A DNA stretch of 64,000 bases from Nitrospirota bacterium (GTDB lineage Bacteria > Nitrospirota > UBA9217). The position numbers were made by a program, and so were the translations under genes. The notes beneath the pieces were generated by a model. That model was not told the origin of the DNA. It did not search any database and saw only the letters and a list, made by a program, of their open reading frames with translations. Where the stretch lies: NCBI GenBank assembly GCA_963818475.1, contig CAWFSF010000006.1:2176001-2240000 (forward strand), in the 5' to 3' direction. This document shows, piece after piece, positions 10,994 to 21,643 of this stretch; position 1 is the first letter of the stretch, and each line of letters starts with the position of its first letter.

Positions 10994-11313
10994 TACTTTT
11001 AGTAATTTAGGCCCGCTAAAGAGGCGTAAAATCAGGACAAAAACATAAACTGATACTTTAAAACACCGCTTTAAATGCGGATATCATGAGCTATAAGGAG
11101 TGAATAGGTCCGGATATTCGTGTTGGAACTGGCAGAAAGCTGGTCTCGGGTAGCGGATGGCATGCTCAGAATCGGAATGTAAAACCATCAACCACTTAAC
11201 CTTACTACTCAGCCATTAGGGATTTCAGGATTATTGACATTGTCACGATATACCCAGATATCCAGCACGTGCGCTTGTTCTCTTCACTTCGCACCACAGC
11301 AACCGATACGCAC

Positions 11314-11971
11314 TTACCGGTGATCCCCTGTTGTTTCAAAATAATCGAAATCAGGATAGACCTTCGATTTCGGCCCGAAATACCTGGGTGAGGTAACCTT
11401 ATAGTGAAGGGGGTCTTCTATCGTATCGATGTTGAGCGCCAGCTCCTCCGGATGCGGCAGCATTCCCTGCGACAGCGCAAAAGCTTCTGGATTATAGGTT
11501 TCTTTAAACCATGAGGGCAGGTTGAGCATTACCTCGGGAGAAGTTAAAAAATCTGTGTCGAAAAAGTACAGATCAACAATTTTATCGAAATCGATCGTCT
11601 CGATATAGAACGGATCCACAAATGATGCCTCTTTTCTCTCCCTCTTGTTTCTCTGCCATGGAAACGCCATCATTATGAATTTCCGTAAAAAAATTCAGCA
11701 CGTCGAACAGCAGTAGGTAGTGATAGTCGTTAAGATAATAGATTTCAGGCCTATCAAGACGCAGGAGCATGTCGCGCAGGGTCAGGACAGCCAATCTCGG
11801 CGGAAACACCTTGCCCGCAACGGGAAAGGATTCAACGAAAGTTTCCTTGGATAAAGCCCCGTTAGGATCGGGGTCCGACCGCATATCGGAAATAATGTCG
11901 CTGGCAAAGCTCAGGCCTTCTCTGAGAATTGCTTGAAATACCGCATCCGGCGCGTTTGCAAATCGTAGCAA
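11314..11971 (-). CDS. Hypothetical protein (frameshifted)
   Basis: Overlapping ORFs 11582..11971 and 11314..11673 read as one acidic/aromatic protein. Confidence 0.55.
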
Positions 11972-11974
11972 TGT

Positions 11975-12295
11975 TTACTCCTGAACTTTGACAATATTCG
12001 CTATCGCCGGCCAATCCTTCCCCTTGGGCATGACAAACAGGCATTTGCCGTTGCTCTTGTACATCCAATTCTCGTTACCGGTGTTGTAGGGAGGATCGAT
12101 ATAAATGCATTTGACTTTTCCAGCGTAATACGGCAGGAGCGCTTTGAGGGCAAGGAGATTGTCACCCTGGACGAGCAGGTTTCCAGCGTCAGGATCGCCA
12201 GCGGACAGGCCGTTGTCGCACCGCAGCAACCGGTACGGCACTTCCCGGTGGTGGTTGACTACAGCTTTCTTTCCGATCCAATCAAGCGTGGGCAT
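11975..12295 (-). pseudogene. Type III R-M remnant: Mod N-terminus fused to a Res-like C-terminus
   Basis: MPTLDWIGK...QGDNL...IYIDPPYNTG, then abruptly KSNGKCLFVMPKGKDW; SAM-binding motif absent. Confidence 0.8.
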
Positions 12296-12450
12296 AAATT
12301 CCGTTGGTCATTTGAGGGATTAACTTGAGATTGAAAAATAACGTACTATAACCGGTGGGAAATGTAAAGGGGATTTGAAAATATATGATCTATAAAAAGA
12401 CCTTGCCCAAAGTCCATGACTTTTAACGTCTACCGAGCCAGCGGATTCGA

Positions 12451-14375
12451 CTAATTCATCAAGGACTTCAGGGCTGCTTCTGCCCTACCGCACGTACACC
12501 AAAGTTCAGGAACGATATGACACAGCTGTTCGACATGAGAGTGCAATCTTTCCGCTTCATCGTGTTGAAATGATTGAAATGCAATATCTGTTATACACTG
12601 TCCAACAAAATCACACCATTTCGTTAGCTCCGTATGCGAAGCCGCTGCAACAAGGGCAATCCAGATGGCATCTTCCGCTGATAATAAATGTCCAAGTTCA
12701 AACCGGCATCTTCGAATAAGTATTCGTATTTCATCAGCAAGTTCACTACTTCTAGTAACTGCGGCAACAGTGGCTAGCCCTCTTAAAACTGAATATAACT
12801 CTTCTTTATTGTCAGCTTTTTTCAGTTGGTGTTTCACTGATCTCAACGCCTTCGCAGCAAGTTGCGCATGATAAGAGTCAAGACGAAATATTAAGGCAGG
12901 GTTCACGAGTGCGGCAAATGATTTTGGCTCTAGAACATCCGAACTTAAGCGTTCTTCTATTTCCTTTACAAGATCTGCCGGTGGCACAATCTGGGACTCT
13001 ATCCCGCCTTCTAGTGGGCCGGGCAGATATTCTAGTGGAAATTTAACGAGAGATTGCAAACTCTCGGGCCCCTCACCCAATAGCAGGTCACGTAGAGCCG
13101 GAGTTTGAATTTTTGTATCGTGCACCTGTGCAGCGCTAACAATTCTCCCTATGAATTCGGCCTTGAGCTGATGAGGGTATACATAATCGGGATACCAACG
13201 AGGTTCGCGTCGGAGATCTGACATGGTTTGAAGATAAAATTGATGTAATCGGCTATTGAACGCCCATTCAGCGAACGCAGAGCTATCTACTTGCGCACTG
13301 ATAACCACACGCTCTAATAACGATGCCTGTGCGATTGACGCTAATCGCCTCCAGTATGGCGGCTTACTACTTAGAATCTTCGTTCTGGACAACTCGCCTT
13401 CAACAAGCACAATTAAAGATGATGTCAATTTTAATCTGCCGCCGACATCATCAGGGTTGTCATCTCGGATTTTTTCTATGATGTTCTTGATATAAGGCGC
13501 GATTTTGGGCTGTTTATCCAAGATTGAAAGGCCGATCTCAATTGCGCCGACCTGCGATATTCTATCACCATTCTCTTGAAGCCACTCATAGGCGCGGATA
13601 AGTTCTTCCTCTTAAGAGATTCAGTTTTTATAGAACTAGAAATTAATGAATGGGATGCCAAGAGTAACGCATACAAAAATCCATCGTAGGGCCGCCATGA
13701 CATAAGGCCGTTAATGTGCTGAGTAGCATTCATATTCACATATTCCGCTATATTTGAACTTCCCTCGCAGTCACCTGCCAAGCGGGCATAATATCGTTCT
13801 GATCGTGGAGCAAGCGAAGATAAACGACTCGTCCCTCTCTCGAGCTCAATTCCGACTGCGGCTGTCACTAACTCCGGTGTCTCTTTGAGGTCTGCCTGCA
13901 GTTCGTCCAGCTCATCATCATCCAAGGCTCGCAAGGATAGAATCTCTCGCCATCGCGCTATGTCGATTCCTGGTAAATTTACTCTTTCTGCCGCTCGGTC
14001 AAGACTCGCCAGTCTTTCCGCCTGGTTAGGTGATAATGCTGAAAAATCTGGCAGACTAATCTTGCGTTTCCCATTCGATAACGTAAAATCTTGCATACTA
14101 CCTGTCTTAACAATTTCCAACTGCCATTCTTCTCCATGCAATGCCTTTAGGATTGACTTTGTCCCACTAGGTATAAAAGCCGCTCTTATGCAGCCGTAAA
14201 GATCCGATCGCCGAAAAGACATACCGCCATCATGAAATGTAATCTGCACTTCTCGCTTAATCCCATAACCGTTTCGGAATTCGCGATCTAAAAGTAGCGA
14301 ATTACGTATCGAGGAAGGAAAGAGCCGTAGCGCGAACATCGAGAATGCCGTACGTTCTTCAACATTAGTGCTCAC
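12451..14375 (-). CDS. Large hypothetical helical protein coupled to the TPR-PIN gene (frameshift near 13600)
   Basis: GTG start 14375 with GGAGG RBS overlaps the upstream stop; continues in ORF 12451..13521. Confidence 0.7.
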
Positions 14376-17300
14376 TATTAGATAACCTCCGTAAACCTCT
14401 CTCCACGAAATTTGCAATAAGTTCTTTCGCTCCATCAAGCAACCGCGCATAAAGAACTGAGTCTTCTTCTCGAATCCCTGTCAATACGTGTTCCTCAATC
14501 CAATTCAGATACTTATTCTTGATATCTGTAGTTGCATTATGAGGTGCGGTAAGTAACAACATTATGTGCGCCCCGTAGATATCAATAAATATACGCAGAC
14601 AACGCTCATTTCCGAAAAAGTGCGCCCAGCCTCGCACGTCAATTAACTGGAGTAGCCATCCGGAACGAGCTTGCATCGTTTTCTCGTCTAATGCGGACAT
14701 CCATTGAGCTTTCAACGTTCTGATAATGGCTTGCATTAATCCATTGAACCAGGCTGCCTCCTTAGGTAACTGGAGGAAATGACTCATCCTTATACGAAGA
14801 AGGTTTTCTCTAATTGCTTTTAGCTCTGCTGTCTCTTCAAGTACATTATCGGCAACTTGGGCAGTCGATAGATATTGCTGAAGTTCGTCGAACGTAACCG
14901 GTATGAACAAGTAACCGGATTGCCGAAGCCGTGTTCGGTACTCGCGTAGCTCATCGAGAGAGATTGTGCCTCTTTCTTTCTTCTGGAGAGCGTCGATCAA
15001 ATCAAGGGTTGTCAACAACGGTATCTGCTCGTCACTGCTTTCGTTGGTCTTATACTGCTGGTATTGATTAAAATATCTGTCGTCTATAATGAGTGCTTCA
15101 ACGTCAGCGATAAGGTCATAAATTGCAAAAGTAGGATGATCATGCAGTCTTGGTTCCTCTGAATCGTCCATTTGTGGCATCCGACCGACCTTGACCCTCC
15201 CTTGTTCAATACCCAATGCAAGAGAACTCCTCAGATTCTCAATTATTTTGTTCACCTCGGAAGAAAGCTGTTCGTACTGAAGAACCCCATTAACCTCCTC
15301 TAATTCCCGCGTGGAGATATACACCTCTAAACCAGCCGGCTTCAACTTAGATAGAAGGCCCGTATGTTGGAGATAAGTGACAGATAGACTATCCAAATAG
15401 AGCACAGCGTTATCATTGATTACCGGTTCATTAGGCCATTTTTTCTCGTGAAGGCTAAGGTAAGATCGAGCGCGTTGCTCCTCGAAAGCTGTGAGCTGGC
15501 TCTTTTGCTTGAGTTTATCAACAATTGACGAGCAACTACAGATTAGGCTGTAAAATGACGAAAGATCAGCCTCTTCCGCCATTAGAGAACTTACTCTGTG
15601 TACCGGCGCTGATCTAACTACAACCTTCTGTCGCTTATCACCCTCCACCTTGGCTTCGGCTAGTAAGAATGCGAGATCTTCTCCTACCTCCGCTGATAAG
15701 TCAGCATCCATCGGCACTGTCGCCCTAAACTCCCTCAGCGCACCACCTGCAAGCAACTGTCTGAGCTTGCGGGCGTCCTGAATTTTGCTCGGTTGATGGA
15801 AGGATGCCTTTTGTTTTTCCTCGAAAAGCCACCTCAAAGTAGAATGAGGTATGACAATGCGATCGAAAGCATCAAATACCTTCTCAAGAAGTCCGAGGAC
15901 TGACAAGGTTAACAAAGAAGTAGCTTCCATTGCTGCTACTCGACATGTACAAGGTAGCGGAGAACGAGCGCCACTATAGGCCGGTATAATTACTCGTTTT
16001 CTTAGGTCTGGTTCAGTCGGATTCGCTAGCGCGGGCAAAAGGATCATATCTATAAGCGACCTGTTCAAAAGTTGTCCTGCGACAAAGATTGGCAGGGCTC
16101 CCTGATTAACTTGTTGCCAAGTGTCGTTTTCTCTACGATCCCACGCGGGCTTCCGATCCATTATATCTTTTATGGACATTCTTTGGATCGGACCATTTGC
16201 GCCCGACAGCTCAGCGGCTTTATTTAGCCACTGTGTTGTCGTCTCGTCTTCCCACCCCGCACTCATTGCCGTGAAGTAAGCAGCCGCAAGGATTTGGGGA
16301 TCTTCGGCACCTTTGTTTGCCGCGAACCGAATCAGTTCCTTAGCATGAGGTGACCTTACATGTTGCGCTAATTTCGCTGTCTGTATCAATTCATTAGCTT
16401 CTCTCTGCTCTCTATTCTGCCACTCTTTTTCCACATATGGCAGGAGTGATCCCCAGGCTCCGGAAGTAATTGCCAGATTGACGGTCAGAGTCCTGTCATT
16501 CGGATTATCACGCTTTACTTGAAGCTTGCCCAATGCTGCCGCTGAGCCTGCCAAATCACCTTCACGATAAAGCGCCCAACTCCAAAGCATCAGAAGGTCA
16601 TCAGATTGGTCGAGAAACTCTGGATATTTTTTTAGCAGCGCAAGCAGTTCAGCGAAGCGATGTGCCGCATTCAATGCTTTTGAGATACGCTCTGCATCCA
16701 ATAAGGCTCGCGTTTTTTCGAACAGCAAAGCGCTATAATTACAAAATTGCGACCAATCCTTTTGTTCTTCTGGCTGCTCTTCAAGCAGACGTACGAGATG
16801 CTGAAGGTCTATAAAATTACGAGAACCTTCAAACGCAATTTTTTGGGCCTCTATTGGATCGATTTCTGCAGACTCGGCGATAAAGCGACGAAGCTTATCA
16901 TGCTCAGCATCTGACAATCCCTCGGCAACGAGAACCATCAACCTCTCTTCTGCTCGCTGAGGCATACCCGCTTTTACAAGCATTTCGATCTCAAGTGAAT
17001 TGATTGACTGCTTGGTCAAGTATTTTTGCAGTTGAGCGCGATGACGATTGACATATTCGGCAATTGCTTTCGGCCCTTTTTGTGTAAATGCCAATGAAAA
17101 ACGGGCCAGAGCAGCAACGCGAGACTCACCGCCTGACAGCGCTGTTTGCCGTTCTATCTCTTTCTCAACCGCTTCAATATCAATTTTAAGACCGAAATCA
17201 AGTGCAAGGGGAAGCCTGCGAAGAGAAAGAGTTGGATCGTTCATACTTGATTGAAGTTTTTGAAGACCGGATTTCGTACTATCTGGATCACGTAGCTCGA

Positions 17301-19020
17301 GCCAAAGCGCGTAATCATCAGCGAGGCTAGCTGTTTCAATGCAGCCAAGTGCCTTTGAAGCAAAAATTAATTTTTCAAATAGTTCTTGAGCTCTTCTTCG
17401 AGCTTTAAGTGATGCTTCATCTGACGCAAGTGGGAAATTCTTTGGATTAAACGGTATTTGTTGTAAAAGAATAGACCTTATTTCATCAGGAACAGCCTTT
17501 ACCAAATGGGTGACAGCTGCAATCTGGTAAAGGACAGGGGCATCTTGGTAATCTTTTTCCTTGAGCTCGGCAACATATTCTAGGGCGGTATCCCAGTGAT
17601 CAAGTTCGAAAAGTTGAGTTAATTGACGAAATTTACCATCTGGATCAAGGTCAGAAAAAGCTATCCCTGACTTCGATAACCATTCAAGCGCGGATGAAGG
17701 ATCCTTCTTGTGGTTGGTTACAATAAAAAATGCGGCGGACTTGGCAGTAGCTGATGATAAGATCGCAAGTTTACTCAAAGCTCCTTCTAAGTTGCCCTTG
17801 GCAGAAATTATAAATGCTTCTGCTAGCATTATTTCTTGACCAGTGCCCAGCCGCTTTGCTGTTTCCAATAGTTCGTCTGCTTTAGTGCTATTGTCACCAA
17901 CAGCCAAAAGGCGGGCACACCATGCCAAAACCCTACTCTTGATCTCATCAGAGCCGCCCTCGAATTCGCCACTCTGAATTTTTTCTGCCAAGCGAAGTGA
18001 ATGATCAGCATAAGAGAATTCTCGGAAAAAGCGAGCACGTCGTATTACTGATAGTCGCTCTATAATTTCACCATCTACCAAATCTTTCGGATATTTCTTG
18101 TTAAATAGGGGCGGTGATATTGGACCCATGGCGCGGATGCGTTCCGCGATACTTTCAGCTGTTTTTTCGCTTTGATCTATTACTGTTTGCTTCAATGATG
18201 AAATTGCTTCACCCTGAGTTCTTAAAAGACTTTCTATTTCAGGCTCGCGGCGCGCTGTTTTCAGCTCCCTTTGGATGAATTCGCGAATATGCTTATATAT
18301 TTCTGATGACTGATCTATCGGTTTGCATATAGTGATATGATTAGCATCAACTGGGATTGGATGTGCTCGCAGGCCGGGATTACTACTGTCAGGCTTTACT
18401 ACCAGAAAAAATTTCTTATAAGGTTGCGTTTCAGTTAAGTTTAGATGCTCAATACGACGTCTATCCGACCAATCTTGGTACCATGTGTTCAATTTATGTA
18501 GGTTAGGATCGTTTCGTACAAGACTTGCTGTTGTCGCTGACGGCATACAGAATATGCGGAGGCGGTCGGCTAATGTTGATAGGCCCGAACCGAAATGCGG
18601 TGTGGCGAGGAAGCCAACGCGATGTACATTCTTTAAAAACCCAGCAACATTATCACGTTGATATGACGCCATCTCTGCATCGAGTAAGAGCTGTTTGATA
18701 ACAAGGCCCCCAAAGCTGTGGCCAATGAGAATTATTTCCCCAGTCTTTAGCTTTGGCTCAAGGAGAAGAAGTTCCAGCACGTTTGTTGCGCGATCAGTCA
18801 AATGCATGGCGGAGCCTCGCCAACGCGAGACTGATGCTCTGTATCCGACTGTCCACACTGCTAATCCTTCAATATCGTTGGCCAGCCATTGGAGCAACCC
18901 TTCTTGAGATTCAGGCGCAGACTGCCAAGTTTTGAATGGGTCGCCACCAAGCCCATGGAGAAAAATGGCGTGCTTAGTTACGTCACCATGAACATCTGTA
19001 ATTTGAAATAAGTCTGCCAA
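14365..19020 (-). CDS. alpha/beta-hydrolase + TPR-like + PIN-like multidomain protein (putative anti-phage)
   Basis: FLHGLGG, GHSFGG, ATPHFGS, NHITICKP; long helical repeats; PIN-like LYLDSLSVTYL and IIDDRYFN. Confidence 0.8.
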   Translation of the reverse strand: MADLFQITDVHGDVTKHAIFLHGLGGDPFKTWQSAPESQEGLLQWLANDIEGLAVWTVGYRASVSRWRGSAMHLTDRATNVLELLLLEPKLKTGEIILIGHSFGGLVIKQLLLDAEMASYQRDNVAGFLKNVHRVGFLATPHFGSGLSTLADRLRIFCMPSATTASLVRNDPNLHKLNTWYQDWSDRRRIEHLNLTETQPYKKFFLVVKPDSSNPGLRAHPIPVDANHITICKPIDQSSEIYKHIREFIQRELKTARREPEIESLLRTQGEAISSLKQTVIDQSEKTAESIAERIRAMGPISPPLFNKKYPKDLVDGEIIERLSVIRRARFFREFSYADHSLRLAEKIQSGEFEGGSDEIKSRVLAWCARLLAVGDNSTKADELLETAKRLGTGQEIMLAEAFIISAKGNLEGALSKLAILSSATAKSAAFFIVTNHKKDPSSALEWLSKSGIAFSDLDPDGKFRQLTQLFELDHWDTALEYVAELKEKDYQDAPVLYQIAAVTHLVKAVPDEIRSILLQQIPFNPKNFPLASDEASLKARRRAQELFEKLIFASKALGCIETASLADDYALWLELRDPDSTKSGLQKLQSSMNDPTLSLRRLPLALDFGLKIDIEAVEKEIERQTALSGGESRVAALARFSLAFTQKGPKAIAEYVNRHRAQLQKYLTKQSINSLEIEMLVKAGMPQRAEERLMVLVAEGLSDAEHDKLRRFIAESAEIDPIEAQKIAFEGSRNFIDLQHLVRLLEEQPEEQKDWSQFCNYSALLFEKTRALLDAERISKALNAAHRFAELLALLKKYPEFLDQSDDLLMLWSWALYREGDLAGSAAALGKLQVKRDNPNDRTLTVNLAITSGAWGSLLPYVEKEWQNREQREANELIQTAKLAQHVRSPHAKELIRFAANKGAEDPQILAAAYFTAMSAGWEDETTTQWLNKAAELSGANGPIQRMSIKDIMDRKPAWDRRENDTWQQVNQGALPIFVAGQLLNRSLIDMILLPALANPTEPDLRKRVIIPAYSGARSPLPCTCRVAAMEATSLLTLSVLGLLEKVFDAFDRIVIPHSTLRWLFEEKQKASFHQPSKIQDARKLRQLLAGGALREFRATVPMDADLSAEVGEDLAFLLAEAKVEGDKRQKVVVRSAPVHRVSSLMAEEADLSSFYSLICSCSSIVDKLKQKSQLTAFEEQRARSYLSLHEKKWPNEPVINDNAVLYLDSLSVTYLQHTGLLSKLKPAGLEVYISTRELEEVNGVLQYEQLSSEVNKIIENLRSSLALGIEQGRVKVGRMPQMDDSEEPRLHDHPTFAIYDLIADVEALIIDDRYFNQYQQYKTNESSDEQIPLLTTLDLIDALQKKERGTISLDELREYRTRLRQSGYLFIPVTFDELQQYLSTAQVADNVLEETAELKAIRENLLRIRMSHFLQLPKEAAWFNGLMQAIIRTLKAQWMSALDEKTMQARSGWLLQLIDVRGWAHFFGNERCLRIFIDIYGAHIMLLLTAPHNATTDIKNKYLNWIEEHVLTGIREEDSVLYARLLDGAKELIANFVERGLRRLSNSEH

Positions 19021-19057
19021 TTAACAGCTCCGCAGCCCTAATGGGACAGCTTTAACA

Positions 19058-19406
19058 TTAAACACAGCTTATAATATTTTGTGCCTGTCCGGTTGTTTCA
19101 GGTAGTGGGCAATATTCGCTTTCGGACCGTAGCTCAAGACTGAATGAAATCCTTATATAATTTATCCCATGTATCGCAGTGGCTGAAATAGCAGTTCCTG
19201 CGGCAAGCGAATGCGCCAGTGCCCTATGATGAGGGTTATTTGCCGGCTCAAATACATCAGGCAACCTGCTTCCCCAGTAACCACCGAACAAAGCACCAAT
19301 TCCTTCATAAATTTGGGTGCTCTGGCTTTTGATCTTTCGACAGATATAATGATGCAACCAGTGCGGTACCCATGCCAACTGGAACGTGTACGTCTCTATT
19401 TGGCAT
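19058..19406 (-). pseudogene. YdjM-like membrane metal-dependent hydrolase remnant
   Basis: MPNRDVH..., frameshift, then SRLPDVFEPANNPHHRALAHS; C-terminal part missing. Confidence 0.65.
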
Positions 19407-19465
19407 GAAGCCTCCTTTTGCCAAACGAACCGATAGCGCAATATTCGGAAAACGCTCGATTGACA

Positions 19466-19629
19466 CTACTTTTTGGCTTTAAATTTAACATGCACTGGCT
19501 CCTTAACCATTTTTTTTGCCATGAAGTCAACTGGCGTCCCCTTTTTTGGTTGTGAAATCGACTTCGACTTCGCGTTTCACTTTTTTATGCGCATCAAATT
19601 CAACCGTTTTCTTTTTTAGGTGTCGTCAT
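19466..19629 (-). pseudogene. Possible small Lys-rich protein
   Basis: Reads MTTPKKKTVEFDAHKKVKREVEVDFTTKKGTPVDFMAKKMVKEPVHVKFKAKK only after correcting two homopolymer indels. Confidence 0.35.
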
Positions 19630-19745
19630 GTTTTTGACCTCAACTTTCATTCTTTAATCTTTGACAGTACCGTCGACCTAAATGAATGGCTTTATTGTGC
19701 TGAAATCTGCCGACGACTACGCCGGGGTAATGGTCGCCGCGATTG

Positions 19746-20276
19746 TTACTTTCCTGAAGAATAAATGAACTCTTCCCGCCCTGTGGCCAAATTGGACTGA
19801 AAATATTCCTCACTCAGCCTTGGGTCGAGTTTATGGCCGGGAGATAACGTGAGCCCCGAGGTTTGTAAAAGCCGTTCCGCGGAGATTACGCTTTCGCTTG
19901 CGTCGAGAAAAGGCACGGCCCTGATGGCCGCCGCGTCGAAGGTGCAGATTGTCAGCAACTCCTCTTGCAGGAGGATGGCGAGCGACTCTATTTCACCCGC
20001 ATGAATAGCGTCCCTCTTCAGCGCCGGGAGCCTGCGCAGAACTTCCTGCATGTCCTCTGCGGATGACGTTATTTCCGTGATCTTCCCGGAGTCAATATAA
20101 ACCTTCCGGAAATCCACTTGGATCTTCTGTCTGCTTTTTTTGTAGTACTTGACTTCACTCACTACCGTCGAGGCAACGTGGACCTTGTGCTGTTTCGCCA
20201 GGCTGTCCAAAACGCCGAGTTCCAGCAGCTTTATCGTAACATCGGCGTCAAGCAGCCACAATTTCAACGGATTCAC
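19746..20276 (-). CDS. PIN-like domain protein (putative toxin)
   Basis: LLDADV, IHAGEIESLA, TFDAAA; overlaps the upstream XRE gene. Confidence 0.75.
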   Translation of the reverse strand: MNPLKLWLLDADVTIKLLELGVLDSLAKQHKVHVASTVVSEVKYYKKSRQKIQVDFRKVYIDSGKITEITSSAEDMQEVLRRLPALKRDAIHAGEIESLAILLQEELLTICTFDAAAIRAVPFLDASESVISAERLLQTSGLTLSPGHKLDPRLSEEYFQSNLATGREEFIYSSGK

Positions 20277-21387
20277 CCTCCGACTCGGTCAGCCCGTAAG
20301 ACTCGATGACCTCATCGATGTCAACACGATCGATGTTCAGAAGTTCGGCGAACTTGCCGCGCGAAATCAGCCCCTTCCGCAAGCACTTGACCGCAAGCAG
20401 TATAAAGCGCTCCGATACGGGAATTTTATCGCCCTCGCCTTTTCTGATGCGGCGATCCAGCATCAGCAAGTCGTCGCTTTTCACCAGGGCCTCGGCCTGC
20501 TCCCACTGAATAAGGTGCAAAGTAACCATGCGATAAACCAATGCTTGCGTGGAAACGCCGAATTCACGGGCCACGTCTATGAGATCGGAGAGTGTAAGTC
20601 TGTGGTCCGTTACGCGGCTGCTCAATTCCCCCCTCACTTCGTTTTCCGGCAAGAGAAGGGTTGCGGCGAAACGATCCGCCTTTTTCTCGAGGTCTCCGAA
20701 TAGAGCGCCATTCTTTTCCATCTCGTCCGGCGGGCAAATATTCCAGGTCAAAATATGAAAAAGCTCATGCGCTAAGGTAAAATTTATCCGCCATGGAGCT
20801 TCTTCACTGTTCACCACGATAGAGGCGCCGAATTCCGGATGCACCGTCGATGCCGCCGAACCGAATTCCGACAGTTCCACGAAAAGAATTTTTATGCGGA
20901 GCATTTGCTCCATTACTTTCTGAAGCGCAAACGCCGGTCTGCCGCCGATGTTGAATATGTTTCCTACCCTGTTCGCCAGGGTATCTATTTCGGAATTGGT
21001 ACGGATGTTCTCGGGAGAAACCCGCAGGAGGTTGCCGGCCCCCTTATTCTCAAGACCGAGCAGGTTTTCAAGAAGTTGATACTGCTCGATGCGCTGCTTG
21101 ATTAAGGCCTCTCTTTCCAATTTCTTCTCGTTTGCGGGGGCCTTTCTCCAGAGGAAATGGACCTCCGGCAGCGTCTCATCGCCACCCAGGAGCAAGCTGT
21201 TCAGGTTGCAGAAATATGTTTTAGCGAACAGTATCAATTCATTCGCCTTGACCTCGCGTTCACCCTTCTCTATGCTGCTTAAAGTTTGGTAGTTCTGAAA
21301 GCCGAGCCGTGCGGCTGCGTCGCTAAGCGCCAATCCTGCCGCTTCTCTCGCTCTTTTAAGGCGATCAGCTAATTCCGTTCGAGACAT
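20248..21387 (-). CDS. XRE HTH + ImmA/IrrE metallopeptidase
   Basis: RLKRARE...LSSIEKG HTH; FTLAHELFH; ADRFAATLLLP. Confidence 0.9.
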   Translation of the reverse strand: MSRTELADRLKRAREAAGLALSDAAARLGFQNYQTLSSIEKGEREVKANELILFAKTYFCNLNSLLLGGDETLPEVHFLWRKAPANEKKLEREALIKQRIEQYQLLENLLGLENKGAGNLLRVSPENIRTNSEIDTLANRVGNIFNIGGRPAFALQKVMEQMLRIKILFVELSEFGSAASTVHPEFGASIVVNSEEAPWRINFTLAHELFHILTWNICPPDEMEKNGALFGDLEKKADRFAATLLLPENEVRGELSSRVTDHRLTLSDLIDVAREFGVSTQALVYRMVTLHLIQWEQAEALVKSDDLLMLDRRIRKGEGDKIPVSERFILLAVKCLRKGLISRGKFAELLNIDRVDIDEVIESYGLTESEGESVEIVAA

Positions 21388-21574
21388 AACAATTTCCCCT
21401 TTCCCGACATTCGGCCGCCTCAAGTTAGTTTGCCTGTTCCTGTATAGAATATACTTTTATTATATTAAATTGTCAATAAGATAATATTTTCTTATACAGC
21501 ATATAATGCATGTATCTATATGTATTTTAAGTATTTTTATATATCATTAGACGGTGATAAATACGATCGGAGTA

Positions 21575-21610
21575 CCCTCTCCCCGAGGGGAGAGGATAAA
21601 AATGAGAGGG
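21575..21610. repeat. REP-like palindrome CCCTCTCCCC...GGGGAGAGG
   Basis: Related copies at 24534..24567 and 33353..33396. Confidence 0.7.
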
Positions 21611-21643
21611 GTTATCGCTGTTGACCTACTAAATACTCTTTTT

